Notes: generated by a model not told the origin, from the letters alone. Counted from the stretch's first letter, positions 44,962 through 56,300 are shown. The stretch is 64,000 nucleotides of DNA from Bacteroidales bacterium (GCA_028282585.1 JANQHR010000028.1:13957-77956); one strand, 5' to 3'. Numbers and translations are program-made.

Positions 44962-45663
44962 GTGCAAGAACCATTAGAATATTTTTTCAAAAAATATGGA
45001 ATTGATTTTAAAAGTATTGCTAGAATTGTTTGTGGTGAAACGTATGTCGCAGTAGTTCTAAAAAATGGTAAAATTGGTGTCTGTGCTACATTGAATCATT
45101 ACGTTAACATTAACATTCAAGATTTAAGGATTCCTGATTTACAAAACATTCAACATCGTATTGCTTTGAATGCTTATTATAACGCGGCATTTAATTATCA
45201 AAATCAATATGATACTACGATTGACATATTTGACAAAATTGATTTTAAAAAATATACTAAAATAGTAATGATCGGTTTTTTTCGATCGTTAGTTGAAAAA
45301 TTCGAAAAAGACAAGATAGATCTAACGATTTTTGATAAGGCTGCTGAGGATGAAAAATTAACTGATATGGATAATCAACTTAAAGAGGTAACTAAAGCTG
45401 ATGCTTTAATTTTATCATCAACCACAGTATTTAACAACACTTTCCTGGATTTGGTTGATGCAACAAAAGACGGATGCGATATATACACACTTGGCCCTTC
45501 GACCATATTACAAACAGAAATGTTTCAATATCGAAATATTAAATTATTATTTGGTGCTATCTTTGGTCCTAATGATGTAAATACATTAAAGATTGTCCGA
45601 CAGGGTGGCGGAACTAAACAGTTCTTACCATTTATGGATAAAGTTTTTCTGAATAACAAATAA
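44962..45663 (+). CDS. DUF4213/DUF364-like protein (putative heavy-metal/cofactor chelation Rossmann-like fold); GTG start
   Basis: 233 aa. The N-terminus reads ..CGETYVAVVLKNGKIGVCATL.. and the Rossmann-like segment reads KIVMIGFFRSLV...LTIFD. No in-frame ATG lies nearby, so the start is uncertain. Confidence 0.6.
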   Translation: MQEPLEYFFKKYGIDFKSIARIVCGETYVAVVLKNGKIGVCATLNHYVNINIQDLRIPDLQNIQHRIALNAYYNAAFNYQNQYDTTIDIFDKIDFKKYTKIVMIGFFRSLVEKFEKDKIDLTIFDKAAEDEKLTDMDNQLKEVTKADALILSSTTVFNNTFLDLVDATKDGCDIYTLGPSTILQTEMFQYRNIKLLFGAIFGPNDVNTLKIVRQGGGTKQFLPFMDKVFLNNK

Positions 45664-45682
45664 AATCTAAAAACTGTCGCTC

Positions 45683-45772
45683 TTCGACTCCCGATGTTAC
45701 GGGCAGTGTGACAATTTATAATAAATTTCATATTGAGCCTGACCGCTATCTGGTAGGCTTGTTGAAATATGA
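45683..45772 (+). repeat. Interspersed intergenic repeat, copy B (between the DUF364 and thiF-like genes)
   Basis: It shares the blocks gactcccgatgttacgggcagtgtgaca and tcatattgagc..(hairpin agcct/aggct insert)..ttgttgaaatatga with the reverse complement of copy A at 29491-29569. Confidence 0.6.
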
Positions 45773-45784
45773 TACATTTAAAAT

Positions 45785-46372
45785 ATGATCATGACTTTTG
45801 ACGAAATAAAATCAAAACTTAAAAACTATACCGTGGGAATTGCCGGCGCTGGCGGACTAGGTTCAAATTGTGCCGTAGCACTTACCAGGGTTGGAATTGG
45901 AAAACTAGTTATTTCAGATTTTGATGTTGTTAACGAGTCGAACCTGAATCGCCAATATTTTTTTAGAGATCAGTTAGGGCAAAAAAAGGTTGAAGCACTT
46001 AAAGAAAATATTATCAGAATAAACCGTGAAGTCGAAATTATTACCCGGGATGTTAAACTAAATGAAAATAATATTGTTGCAATTTATAAAGATTGTGATA
46101 TACTAGTTGAAGCTTTTGACCTAGCTGAGATGAAAAAAATGCTAATTGAAACATTTCTTTCTGAGTTACCAGAAAAAAAGATCGTGTTAGGTTTAGGTAT
46201 GGCTGGCTGGGGCAATAGCAATTTGATAAAATTCAGGCAATCTGAAAATTTATATATTTGCGGCGACGAAAAATCGGAAATTGCTGATGATAATCCACCA
46301 TTAGCACCAAGAGTTGGAATGGTAGCAAATATGCAAGCAAATACGGTTTTAGAATTATTATTAAGAAGGTAA
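45785..46372 (+). CDS. Short ThiF/MoeB/HesA-family E1-like adenylyltransferase, copy B
   Basis: 195 aa with VGIAGAGGLGSNCAVALTRVG, FD..NESNLNRQ and PPLAPRVG. By eye it is a bit over half identical to copy A. Confidence 0.8.
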   Translation: MIMTFDEIKSKLKNYTVGIAGAGGLGSNCAVALTRVGIGKLVISDFDVVNESNLNRQYFFRDQLGQKKVEALKENIIRINREVEIITRDVKLNENNIVAIYKDCDILVEAFDLAEMKKMLIETFLSELPEKKIVLGLGMAGWGNSNLIKFRQSENLYICGDEKSEIADDNPPLAPRVGMVANMQANTVLELLLRR

Positions 46373-46374
46373 AA

Positions 46375-46578
46375 ATGAAAATAACATTAAATAACAGACC
46401 TGAACTATTTGACTTTAAAAAAATAACCGTTACAAAACTGTTAGAACATAAGAATTATACTTTTAAAATGTTGGTAATAAAAGTTAATGGTAAGCTTGTA
46501 AAAAAAGATGCTTATGATAGCTTTGAATTAAATGATGGTGATGATGTTACAGTACTTCATTTAGTAAGTGGCGGATAA
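46375..46578 (+). CDS. ThiS/MoaD-like GG-terminated beta-grasp protein (copy B)
   Basis: 67 aa, MKITLNNRPE...VTVLHLVSGG. It starts 3 nt after the ThiF-like stop. Confidence 0.75.
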   Translation: MKITLNNRPELFDFKKITVTKLLEHKNYTFKMLVIKVNGKLVKKDAYDSFELNDGDDVTVLHLVSGG

Positions 46579-46580
46579 AA

Positions 46581-46681
46581 TGATTTCAGATTACAGATTA
46601 CAAATTTCAGGTTTTAGGTTACAAATTTAAAATGCACTTATCAACAAAGATCTGAAACCTCAAACCTGAAACCTTAAATCA
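46581..46681. repeat. ~100-nt imperfect hairpin whose arms are built from 7-nt periodic units
   Basis: The left arm reads cagatta cagatta caaattt caggttt taggtta. The right arm reads tgaaacc tcaaacc tgaaacc ttaaatc. The core pairing tttcaggttttaggtt (46605-46620) with aacctcaaacctgaaa (46656-46671) matches at 15/16. Confidence 0.5.
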
Positions 46682-46750
46682 ACAGATAATTGTTAATACT
46701 TTCCTGTTTTATTTTTTTGTTACACTTTCAATTTCTTTTAATATTGTAGC

Positions 46751-47062
46751 ATGAGCTCAGCCGTTAAAATATGGAAAAAAATTTTGCCATTTGTTAAAAA
46801 CAAATTCATTCTTACTTTTATCATTTTTATGACCTGGCTTTTATTTTTTGATAGAAATAATCTAATTGACAGGGCAAAAGAATTACGGTATCTTAAACAA
46901 CTAGAAAAAGATAAAAAATACTACATAGAGCGAATTGATAAAGACTCCAAGCGATTGGAACAACTCAAAACAGACAACAAGAATCTTGAAAAATTTGCCA
47001 GAGAGCAATATTTAATGAAAAAAGATGATGAGGAGATTTTTGTTATTGTTGAGGAAGATTAA
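46751..47062 (+). CDS. FtsB/DivIC-type septum formation initiator family protein
   Basis: 103 aa. It has a single TM helix, then a coiled coil (LKQLEKDKKYYIERI...), then ..FAREQYLMKKDDEEIFVI. Confidence 0.7.
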   Translation: MSSAVKIWKKILPFVKNKFILTFIIFMTWLLFFDRNNLIDRAKELRYLKQLEKDKKYYIERIDKDSKRLEQLKTDNKNLEKFAREQYLMKKDDEEIFVIVEED

Positions 47063-48324
47063 AACTTACGTTCTAAACTTCTATATAATTCTAAATATCT
47101 TTTATAATTTTTCTCATCGGGTTTAATATTCTCTATTCTTTCCAATAGTTTTTCTGCTTCCCCGAGCAAAGGTCTTTTTACATAGATATTCTCATGGGCA
47201 AAATTTAAAAACTTAAGAACTTTAAAAGCATCAAACCAATTGTAAAAACGTTTAATAAAAGTTTTAATATTTGAGCTATTCTTATTTATTTCATTTAAGG
47301 CTTCACTTATCTTATTCTCAACAAGAAACTTCGAAATACAATTTGGTAATTCTTTGATAATTTCTTCTGATTCAGATGTCTCTGCTTTAAAAAGATATTT
47401 AACTCTTGAAAATAAATCTCGTAATTCAAGAAAGGCATCAAAGTCATATGTAAGAAACTCCTTGGTTTTTGATTCAATGATTAATTTTATCATTGGTCCT
47501 GTTCCAAACGGAACTCGGTCCGATATTCGAGAAGAAGGAATAACACGTGTGGTATTTATTTCATAAGAGTTTCCCAGAGGAAAAACTTTATGTAAAAAAT
47601 AAAAATCCTCACCAGCTTGTTTTCTGTTCATTCCCCCCTGTTTTACGTAAGCATTAGCTCTAACCGCAAAACAAGAACCAACCGTATAATATGAATATGG
47701 GAAACATGTATGTGCTAAAGAAAGCTTATAGTAACGCATATACAACTCATAAATCGCCGCTGCATTATAAATATTCTCATTAAATTCATTTCCTTCAACA
47801 GGATGCTCAAAATAAGTTGTAACCACATTTGTTTTTGGATACTTGGCAAAATGTTTTTCCAGTTCTGTAAAGTAATTTGATTTAACCTCCGAATCTGCAT
47901 CCAACGAAATAATAATACCATTGTCTTTATTGAGCTCACTAAATCGGGCAATTGCCTGATCCATTCCAATTTTACGAGCCAATCCGGCGCCTGCAAATTT
48001 CCTTGGTAAATCTTTTTCATGGATTATAAAAAAACGTAATGAAGAATCTTCATTTTCGTGAATCCAATTCTTCGTCTTATTTAATGTTTTTATATTTTGA
48101 TCCAATATCTCTTTTCCTGAATCTTCAGATGAATTTATTATTATTAAAATCTCTATCGAAGATTTAATTTTATTACAGTTCCTTAAAGAATAAAGTGTTT
48201 TGATAAGATTGAACTCGTTAAAACAGGGAATTACAACAATATATTTAAGGTCAGGAAATGGTTTTGCTTGAATTTTTATTTTAAAATTCTTTTGTTTATC
48301 CAAATAAACATCTGCAAAACTCAT
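47059..48324 (-). CDS. Family 2 glycosyltransferase with C-terminal extension
   Basis: 421 aa. It has VVIPCFNE near the N-terminus and a DxD-like LDADS motif. Its stop overlaps the ftsB-like stop within TTAA. Confidence 0.7.
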   Translation of the reverse strand: MSFADVYLDKQKNFKIKIQAKPFPDLKYIVVIPCFNEFNLIKTLYSLRNCNKIKSSIEILIIINSSEDSGKEILDQNIKTLNKTKNWIHENEDSSLRFFIIHEKDLPRKFAGAGLARKIGMDQAIARFSELNKDNGIIISLDADSEVKSNYFTELEKHFAKYPKTNVVTTYFEHPVEGNEFNENIYNAAAIYELYMRYYKLSLAHTCFPYSYYTVGSCFAVRANAYVKQGGMNRKQAGEDFYFLHKVFPLGNSYEINTTRVIPSSRISDRVPFGTGPMIKLIIESKTKEFLTYDFDAFLELRDLFSRVKYLFKAETSESEEIIKELPNCISKFLVENKISEALNEINKNSSNIKTFIKRFYNWFDAFKVLKFLNFAHENIYVKRPLLGEAEKLLERIENIKPDEKNYKRYLELYRSLERKF

Positions 48325-48416
48325 AATTATTTATTCAATTGGGAGATTTGTTAATGACAAAAATGTTACTATTATTATTTATTCAATTGTCATTCGCTTT
48401 ACAATTCAATTGATAT

Positions 48417-48448
48417 AAAAAAATGCCTAAAATCAAATTTAAGGCATT
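48417..48448 (-). terminator. Rho-independent terminator after the OmpH gene
   Basis: On the minus strand, AATGCCT-N13-AGGCATT is followed by a T-run. Confidence 0.7.
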
Positions 48449-48471
48449 TATAAGTATAAAGTATTAAAATA

Positions 48472-49077
48472 TTATTCCCCAGACTTATCGTACTTTTGAT
48501 TCAATCCTTCAAGTACATCCATAGTAATATTTAAACTTTTATCTGTATAAAGTAACTGTCCACCGAATGAATTGCTAAATATATATCTGTAATTATATTC
48601 AGTGTTATATTCTTCTAAATAGTCCATAACCTCATTTAGTACCTGACGATACATCACTTGCTCTTCTTCAGCTAATTGCATTGCCAGATTATCTCTTGTT
48701 GCATATAACTGTTGTTCTTTCTGAGCAAGCTCTTGTTGTAGCATCTGTGCCTTTGTTCGTGTAACTAACCCTTTGTTAACTTTATCCTGAAAATCACGAA
48801 CTTCATTCTCAAAATTTCTTGATTGAATTTGTAATTCAGCTTCGGATTCATTTCTTTTTTGGGTTAACTCATCACTTTTATCAATGAATAAGTTATAATT
48901 ACGCACTAATGTATCAATGTTTACATAAGCAATAGCATAATCTCTGTCGATAATTTGTTCCGTTCCATCCGCACTAACTTCCTTTTTAGTTGTTTTACTT
49001 CCTGAAAAATGTAAATAATAAATCCCTGCCACAGCTAAAATTAAAACAACATTTAACACAAGAGATACTTTCTTCAT
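48472..49077 (-). CDS. OmpH/Skp-family periplasmic chaperone
   Basis: 201 aa with a signal/anchor helix and a long Q/E/K-rich coiled region (LQQELAQKEQQL...). Confidence 0.75.
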   Translation of the reverse strand: MKKVSLVLNVVLILAVAGIYYLHFSGSKTTKKEVSADGTEQIIDRDYAIAYVNIDTLVRNYNLFIDKSDELTQKRNESEAELQIQSRNFENEVRDFQDKVNKGLVTRTKAQMLQQELAQKEQQLYATRDNLAMQLAEEEQVMYRQVLNEVMDYLEEYNTEYNYRYIFSNSFGGQLLYTDKSLNITMDVLEGLNQKYDKSGE

Positions 49078-49225
49078 AGTTTAAAAATTTAATTTTTATT
49101 AATCATATTTTAAAAAAGCAAATATAAACGAATATCAAACATCTTAAAAGAATTTTAATTTTTTTTATGATTTAAGGCTAACAAATTGATCTTATGGAAG
49201 AAGACTTTATTGGAAATATCTTTGC

Positions 49226-50230
49226 CTATAAAGTTGGACAAGGAATAATTTTTCTCTTTTCTCGTTTAGTTACGCCCTGATTAAATAAATATGTTATTGA
49301 AATTTCATGGGCTCCACCTGTAAAACCAACTAACTTTGAAATGGTCAAATCATAACTATATCCAATACTAAACTGATCTACTTTAAATCCCAGTAAAAAT
49401 GCTAATGCATCATTACTTGCAAGTTCCTTAAATACAGGAATTCCCCGATACCATAAGCCTATAACTAATGGCATCTGGTACCAGTATACGCCTAAATCTA
49501 ACTGTGTATATTTATCCTGTATTTTAAATAAAAATGAGGGTGAAAGACTCTGTCCGCTGGCCCAATTATATCTGTCAAAAATATTGAGCCTAGTTCCTCC
49601 GTAAAATGAAAATTTCCATGGATCCTGCATTACTTCACCAGTTAATGATCTATTTGGTTTAAGAATTCTATCCCAGGTAAATCCAAACCATAGGTTCTTA
49701 TTAAATGCCAACGTAGAAAATGAAGCATCAATATCGGCTTTTTTTCCTAATATATCCTGTTCGATCGTAGGCGTACCGGAATCAAGTTCGTCATAAAATT
49801 CTAACGATGTAAAATCGATATTTCTTTGAGTATAGTAAAAACTTAATCCGGGACTTATACGCCATCCACTTCTAAATCTAAACTTATAAGAATATGCAAT
49901 GCCAATATTAGTTGTTGCCAAAACACTCGCTCCTGCTTGCTCTCTGAATAAAATTAAACCAACTCCGCTTTTTAAATGAGGGAAATAGTGGTCATATCCG
50001 AGTGAGTATGTTTGAAAAGACTTAGAAATTGATGGCCATTGATTTCGATAATTTATATTTATACGATCTCCATCTGTTGAACCGGCAAAAGATGGAGCCA
50101 AGAATAAAGGACTAGCATAAAATTGTGAAAACTGAGTATCTTGCGAATAACCAGCTTCTACTATAATAAAAAATAGTATAAGGAATATAAAATATATTCT
50201 TTTCACGATTGTTAGCTTTCTTTCTTTCAA
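49226..50230 (-). CDS. PorP/SprF-family type IX secretion system membrane protein
   Basis: 334 aa. After the signal peptide it has the family-typical QDTQFSQFYASPLFLAPSFAG. It is beta-barrel-like and lies immediately downstream of a type-B-CTD giant protein. Confidence 0.85.
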   Translation of the reverse strand: MKERKLTIVKRIYFIFLILFFIIVEAGYSQDTQFSQFYASPLFLAPSFAGSTDGDRININYRNQWPSISKSFQTYSLGYDHYFPHLKSGVGLILFREQAGASVLATTNIGIAYSYKFRFRSGWRISPGLSFYYTQRNIDFTSLEFYDELDSGTPTIEQDILGKKADIDASFSTLAFNKNLWFGFTWDRILKPNRSLTGEVMQDPWKFSFYGGTRLNIFDRYNWASGQSLSPSFLFKIQDKYTQLDLGVYWYQMPLVIGLWYRGIPVFKELASNDALAFLLGFKVDQFSIGYSYDLTISKLVGFTGGAHEISITYLFNQGVTKREKRKIIPCPTL

Positions 50231-50357
50231 CCGATAATATTACGTTAAAACGAGATTTTATCAGTCGAAATTGTAAATTTAGTAATATTTCCAAATCTCA
50301 CAAGATATAAGTTATAAACAAAATCTTTACAACTTGCTTTAGCCCATGAAGTTGATT

Positions 50358-53300
50358 TTAACGTATTAAAGTAACATCACCTGCTAATTCAAACGACCTT
50401 CCATTTGTAAACTTACCTTGCGCTTTCCACACATAAACATCTGGTTTAGCCATTTCACCACCAATAGTTCCATCCCAACCAACACTTAAATCTTTGGTTG
50501 TAAAAATCAATTCTCCCCATCGATTATATACAAACAATTCATACTCAATTACTCCTTCTGCTAGCGGTCTGAATGTTTCGTTCATTTCCGGGCCGCTATT
50601 ATTAGGAGTAAATGCATTAGGGAATCTAATTTCACCAGCTCCGATAATTTCAACTTCTTCATACAATGTTAATGAATCCCTGCATCCATTTGCTGTTACT
50701 GCTAATAATGTTACATCGTATTTACCGAGTTCCGTGTAACCATGGGTAACATCCTTTGAAATTGCGGTGTTTCCATCCCCAAAATCCCATGTATATGCAC
50801 ACCCCGAGGTATCGTTACACAATGAAGTGTTGAAGAATTTAACACGAGCTTCAAGAGTAGATGCATCAAGCATAGCCAGCGTTGGAGAAACTTCAAAACT
50901 TACTTCCGGATTATCATAAACGTAGATCTTCTTATATGCAAAGTCTTCACCGGCACCTTCCGTGCTCTTTGCCGTTAGCTGAACGTTATAAGTACCAGTA
51001 CTTTCAAATATATGACTGGTTACTTGTCCTGTGCCTGTACCACCATCTCCAAAATCCCATTCATATTCATATTCTTCCGCATATGCAGAGCTGGCTGCCG
51101 TAAACTGAACCTCCAATCCTCCATCCCAGCATCCACCATCTTTATCTGTAATAAAATCTGCATTTACTAATGGTGGTTGTATTAAGATCGTGTCAGAAAA
51201 AGTACTTGTACATTCTGTATTTGTTTGGCTGGTTGCACTTAATTGGATTACTTTTTCTCCCCAGTGTCCATATTCAAATGATCCTGGCTCTTCTTCTTCT
51301 GAAGTAGAGTTATCCAAGTTACCAAACTCCCACAAATATGTAAAAGGTCCTGTATTTGTTTTATTATCAAATGCAACTACGTTATCAGGGAATGTTAATA
51401 AAACAGGATCTACATAAAATTCAGCTTCCGGTTGAACATAAACAGTAACCGGTTTGGTAATAGTATCCCAGCAATTTTGTGCAGAAGAAGCCTGTAGAAA
51501 TATATTATAAATTCTATCACTAATTCCAATATTTGTGAAATTATGTTGTGGGTTCTCAATATTTGTTGTTGTACCATCTCCAAAACTCCAGAAAAATCTT
51601 GTTGCAGGTGAAGTGGACGTATTAGTAAACTGCACATTTTCCAATGGACTACAACCTGCATCATTGTCAATTGTAAAATCCGCATCAACTTTTGGAAATA
51701 CTGTTAAATCTAAATTGGAAGTATCAATACAATTATTATTTGTACTAACCCAAAGTTGTAATTTATATGTTTGTTCAAAGTTGATATCCGTATTATCCCA
51801 TTCATATAACAGATTATTATCTATTGAATTTGTATTACCATCATCAAAACGCCACTCAAAGAAATCAGCTCCCTCGGATAAGTTGCTTAAAGTAGCCTGT
51901 AGTGGAGGACATGAAGTTGTTTTACTAATATAGAATTTTGCTAATGGTTGGTTAAAAATCTCTACCGTTTGTGTTGTTTCATCTTTACATCCATTTAACG
52001 ATTCAACTTTTAATTCGATTGTCCTGATCAAAGATTCTTCACGGCTGGGATTGTAATATGTATGATCCGGGTCGGTTGATCCCGACGATGCGCCATCACC
52101 ATAATCCCAGGTATATTTAGTATTTACAGGCACGGAAGACAAATCTGTAAAATCAACATTTAGGGGTGTACATCCTTCATCTACATCCATGCTAAATGAA
52201 GCTTCAACATATTCATAAACCGTTATTGTATCAATATATTCAGATGTACATCCATGAGGATTAGTTGCCAATAAGCGAATACTATAATCTCTTTCTGATA
52301 AATGATCCGTATTATCATAAGTTCTTACAAATGGAGACTCCCCAGTAGATGTAAAGTCAGGCGTTACGCTGCCATCTACAAACCACTGGTAAGTATTTAA
52401 ATTGTTACCAACCGAAGTGTTCTCTATTAAGGCATTGGTAAATGGCGGGCAGCTTGCACCTTGAGGTATTGAAAAGTCTGCAACTAATCTTGAATAAACC
52501 GTAACCAGATCAGAATAAGTATCTGTACACCCATAATCCGTTTCGGCCGTTAACCGAACAAGAAAGTCTTTATTATCTGTTTCTAAATTCTCCAATGGTC
52601 TGTTTACTACGGTTGGTGAAGTAGTTGTTAAATAAGTATCATCACCAAAATCCCACTTGTAAGCACTTGCAGCGGGTGAAGTTCCACTTGCATCAAAAGT
52701 AACCAATGAAATTGTACAAGAATCCGGTTGGCTAAATACAAAACTAGCATCAATGGAAGAATGAATTCTAATTGGGCGCTTTAGAGTATCGTAACAGCCT
52801 TCTCCATTTCCCACAATTAAAGTTAAATAATCAGTTCTAAAACCTCCATTTGTATAAGTATATTCGTGCAAAATAGGATTTGGAGAGTTGCTGTCTGCAT
52901 TTCCAAGCGTTAAGTCATCATCATCCCAGAACCAAAAATATTCTGTTGCTATAGAATTATTAGTTATATTAACGGTTAAGGGTGAACATCCCTCTGAAAC
53001 ATCGACATCAAAATCAGCTTCAACATATGGAAACACAGTTACGTTATAACTTATGCTATCTGTACATCCTCTATCAGATGTAACTGACAACTGTACACCA
53101 TAAATTTCATCACCGGAACCTAAGTTTTCAAATTCATTGCTTGGAATTGAATCAGAAGATGATGTACCATCTGCGAAATCCCATTTCCATGTATCAACAT
53201 TGGCTGCCGATTGATCGGTAAAATTTACTAAGAACGGATTACAATCTTCTGCGTTCTGCGGTATGAAATCTGCAAATGTTTCGGAATATATTGTTATCTC

Positions 53301-56300
53301 AACAGAGTCTCTATCCAAACATTCATTGTATTGATCCTCAACTTCCAGCAACAACCAATATTTTGCATCTCCTGCTGGTTCACGTAAATAGGATTGGTTT
53401 GCAGGATACGAAGAATAGGCCGGAGGATTTTGAAAAGTGCTTGTCCCAGATCCATCACCATAGTCCCAATTATAACTATCATTTCCCGGATAACTTTGTG
53501 CACTTACATCAACGATTAAAGGTGAACAACCAACGTTTTGATCAATAGAAATATTAGCCCTTACCATTGGGTAAACGGTAATAAATGAACTGGTATCATA
53601 AGAACATCCCATATCCGTTTCTACACGTAACTTAACTTCTCTTTGAACAGATGATGAACTTAACAAATTCCTGTAAACACGAACCGTATCTGCGGCTGCC
53701 GAAGAACCACCATCACCAAAATCCCATTCATATATAATATTCGTTAAAGAAGGATGAAATAAATCAGAATCAAATTCTGCTACTAACGAGTCACAACTCT
53801 CAACAGATGTTAATGTGGTCGTATATGTTGCTCTAACGCCCGGAAAAACAACTATTTCAATGGAATCTTTTGTGCTACATCCGCCAAGTGCTTCGGATAC
53901 TTCTAACACCAGGTAATTAGTATCATTTTCAAATCCGGGATTACTATAAATATACTGAAAAGGATTCTCAACAGAATCAATTCCTATTCCATCACCATAA
54001 TCCCAGTCCCAGATATCGATTTCATCTCCAACAGAAATATTTGTTACTCTAACAGGTAATTCTGAGCATCCTTCATTATTATCAACTGTAAAATTGGCTG
54101 CTGCCCTATACATGGTTATAGTTCCTGTTGTGTCATCGGTACATCCATATACAGATCGTGCTGTCAATCTAAAATCATAATCCTTTTTCCTTGTTGTAGT
54201 ATTATTATAGAATTTCTCAATGGTTGTATATGTGGTATCCATACCCGTACCATCAGCGAAGTCCCATAGATACCTTGAAGCCTTATGAACTCCATTATTT
54301 GAATTATTATGAAAAATAACTGTATCCGAATTACAATTGTTATAAGGATCAAAAGAAAAATTTGCTTGTATTTCCGGATAGACTAAAATCGTATCTCTGC
54401 TTATGAATTCACATCCTTCATTATTTTTAACACGCATCACGATAATGTTTGTATCCACTTTATCAACTCCATCATTATTATAATAAGCGTGATTAATAGA
54501 CGTAAACGATAATAAGGTATCTATCTCGCCATCACCGTAATCAAGGAAAATACTATCCGCACCGGAAGATACATTCTCTATTCTAACGTTGTAACCTGAG
54601 CAGCCTTCATCTTTGTCAATTGTAAATCCTCCTTCTAAATAAGGAAATACTGATACAACTTCTTGCGCCGTATCTTTGCAAAAATAAGGAGATGTTACAA
54701 CCAACTCAACCTCATAATCAATGGTATCATTTGTATAAACGTGCTGGTAAGTATGATCGGGACTTGCCTCCGTTGATTGCGCTCCATCCCCAAAAGACCA
54801 TTTATATTGATCCAAATTTCCTGAAGAAGTATCCGTAAAATCAACAAATAAAGGATTACAGCCAATTAAATTATTCTGGTCAAATCCAGCATATATTTCA
54901 GGTTTTACATGTATTTCGTTAAAAAAAGTATCAACGCAAGGGTTAATTGGTGATGTTTGTCTGACCAGTAATCGTATATTAAAAGTGGTATCATGGTTTG
55001 TATTATTATAAAACCAATGAGTTATTGTATCAACCGGATCGGTCGTAACAGTATCAAAAACATATGGATTATTATCGTAATCAAAGTTCCAGTTCTGTTG
55101 ATTGCTAGTTGGATCACTATTATTATAAATCTTAAGTTCAAAGGGCGCACAAACCGAATAATCAGATAAGGTAAATGAAGCTTCAGGTGTAGGAATTGAA
55201 TTTATAAATACATCAATTGTAGTATCTGGCAAACAAGGTCTGTCAATTGTTACTTCATAGGAATGGGGGCCGGATGGAAGAGTAACATATGGTGTTGCAC
55301 TAGTCGGATCATCCATATAGTCACTCGGTGACCATAAATAATTTAATCCTCCGCTTGCAAAGAGTTGTAGTGGATTGTTTTCACACACCTCTCCAATAGC
55401 GCTCGCACTTTGAACAACTCTACCTGAGACTATTCCTTCTTTAAAATCTGAAAAATATCCATATTTACAAGTTGTACTATTTCCTCCATTTACCACTCCC
55501 ATATGAAAAACATCCTCTGTATTCACTATTTTAGTAGCTTCATCTTCAGGAATACCTCCACCTGGAGAATGGTCAAAAAAATCCCTATTGTTTGCATGGT
55601 CCAGAACCATCCACCCTGTGGTTCCTACTTCTACAAACCAAGTGTCAGGCAGATTAAAAATAGAACCGTCTGCATAGTGGAATTGAAATGAATCTTCATA
55701 TCCTTTTTTAGTCATTAAGAATAAATAAAAAGGATCGGTATTTGATCTATAATATGTTACTTGCAGAGATCCAGTACAACCGTCAATCGTTGGTAAAATT
55801 GAACCTCCAAGCTCACATGAAAAGCCCGTTACATGATAAACCAGTATGGGATTGTCACCTGCAATATGAGTTGCATCAGTTATAACAACAGTAGCAGGAT
55901 TATCTATATCGTATATACCTATTGAGACTCCATCTATAAAGATTTCAGTACCATCAACAGTGGGAAAAATAAATGCCCTTTCTACATTTGCTGCAGTAAT
56001 TGGCCCCTTCATAACAATATATTCATAGCCAGCTAATTCTGTTGGTATTATCTGATCACCATTAACATCTCTACACCCCCCCTGTATAATAGAATCGTCC
56101 CCGACAGTTACAGCAATTTCTCCATCATTTGTAACGGTCAAAGTAGAACCTCCCATATGTTCTGCCCCCAAATTACCTGCAGCTTCAATTTTATATGTCA
56201 TGCCTTTTCTGGGCAAAGTAATCGTAAATGGAACTCCAGCTGCATTGCCGTCTGTATCAGGTTGAGTTAAAACCACTTCCACTTCTGTGTTATCCTTAGT

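Noticed and set aside
47059-47062. The convergent ftsB-like and GT2 genes overlap by 4 nt (stop codons nested in TTAA).
   Set aside because: This is real but trivial. Convergent stop overlap in TTAA is common in compact AT-rich genomes and implies nothing by itself.
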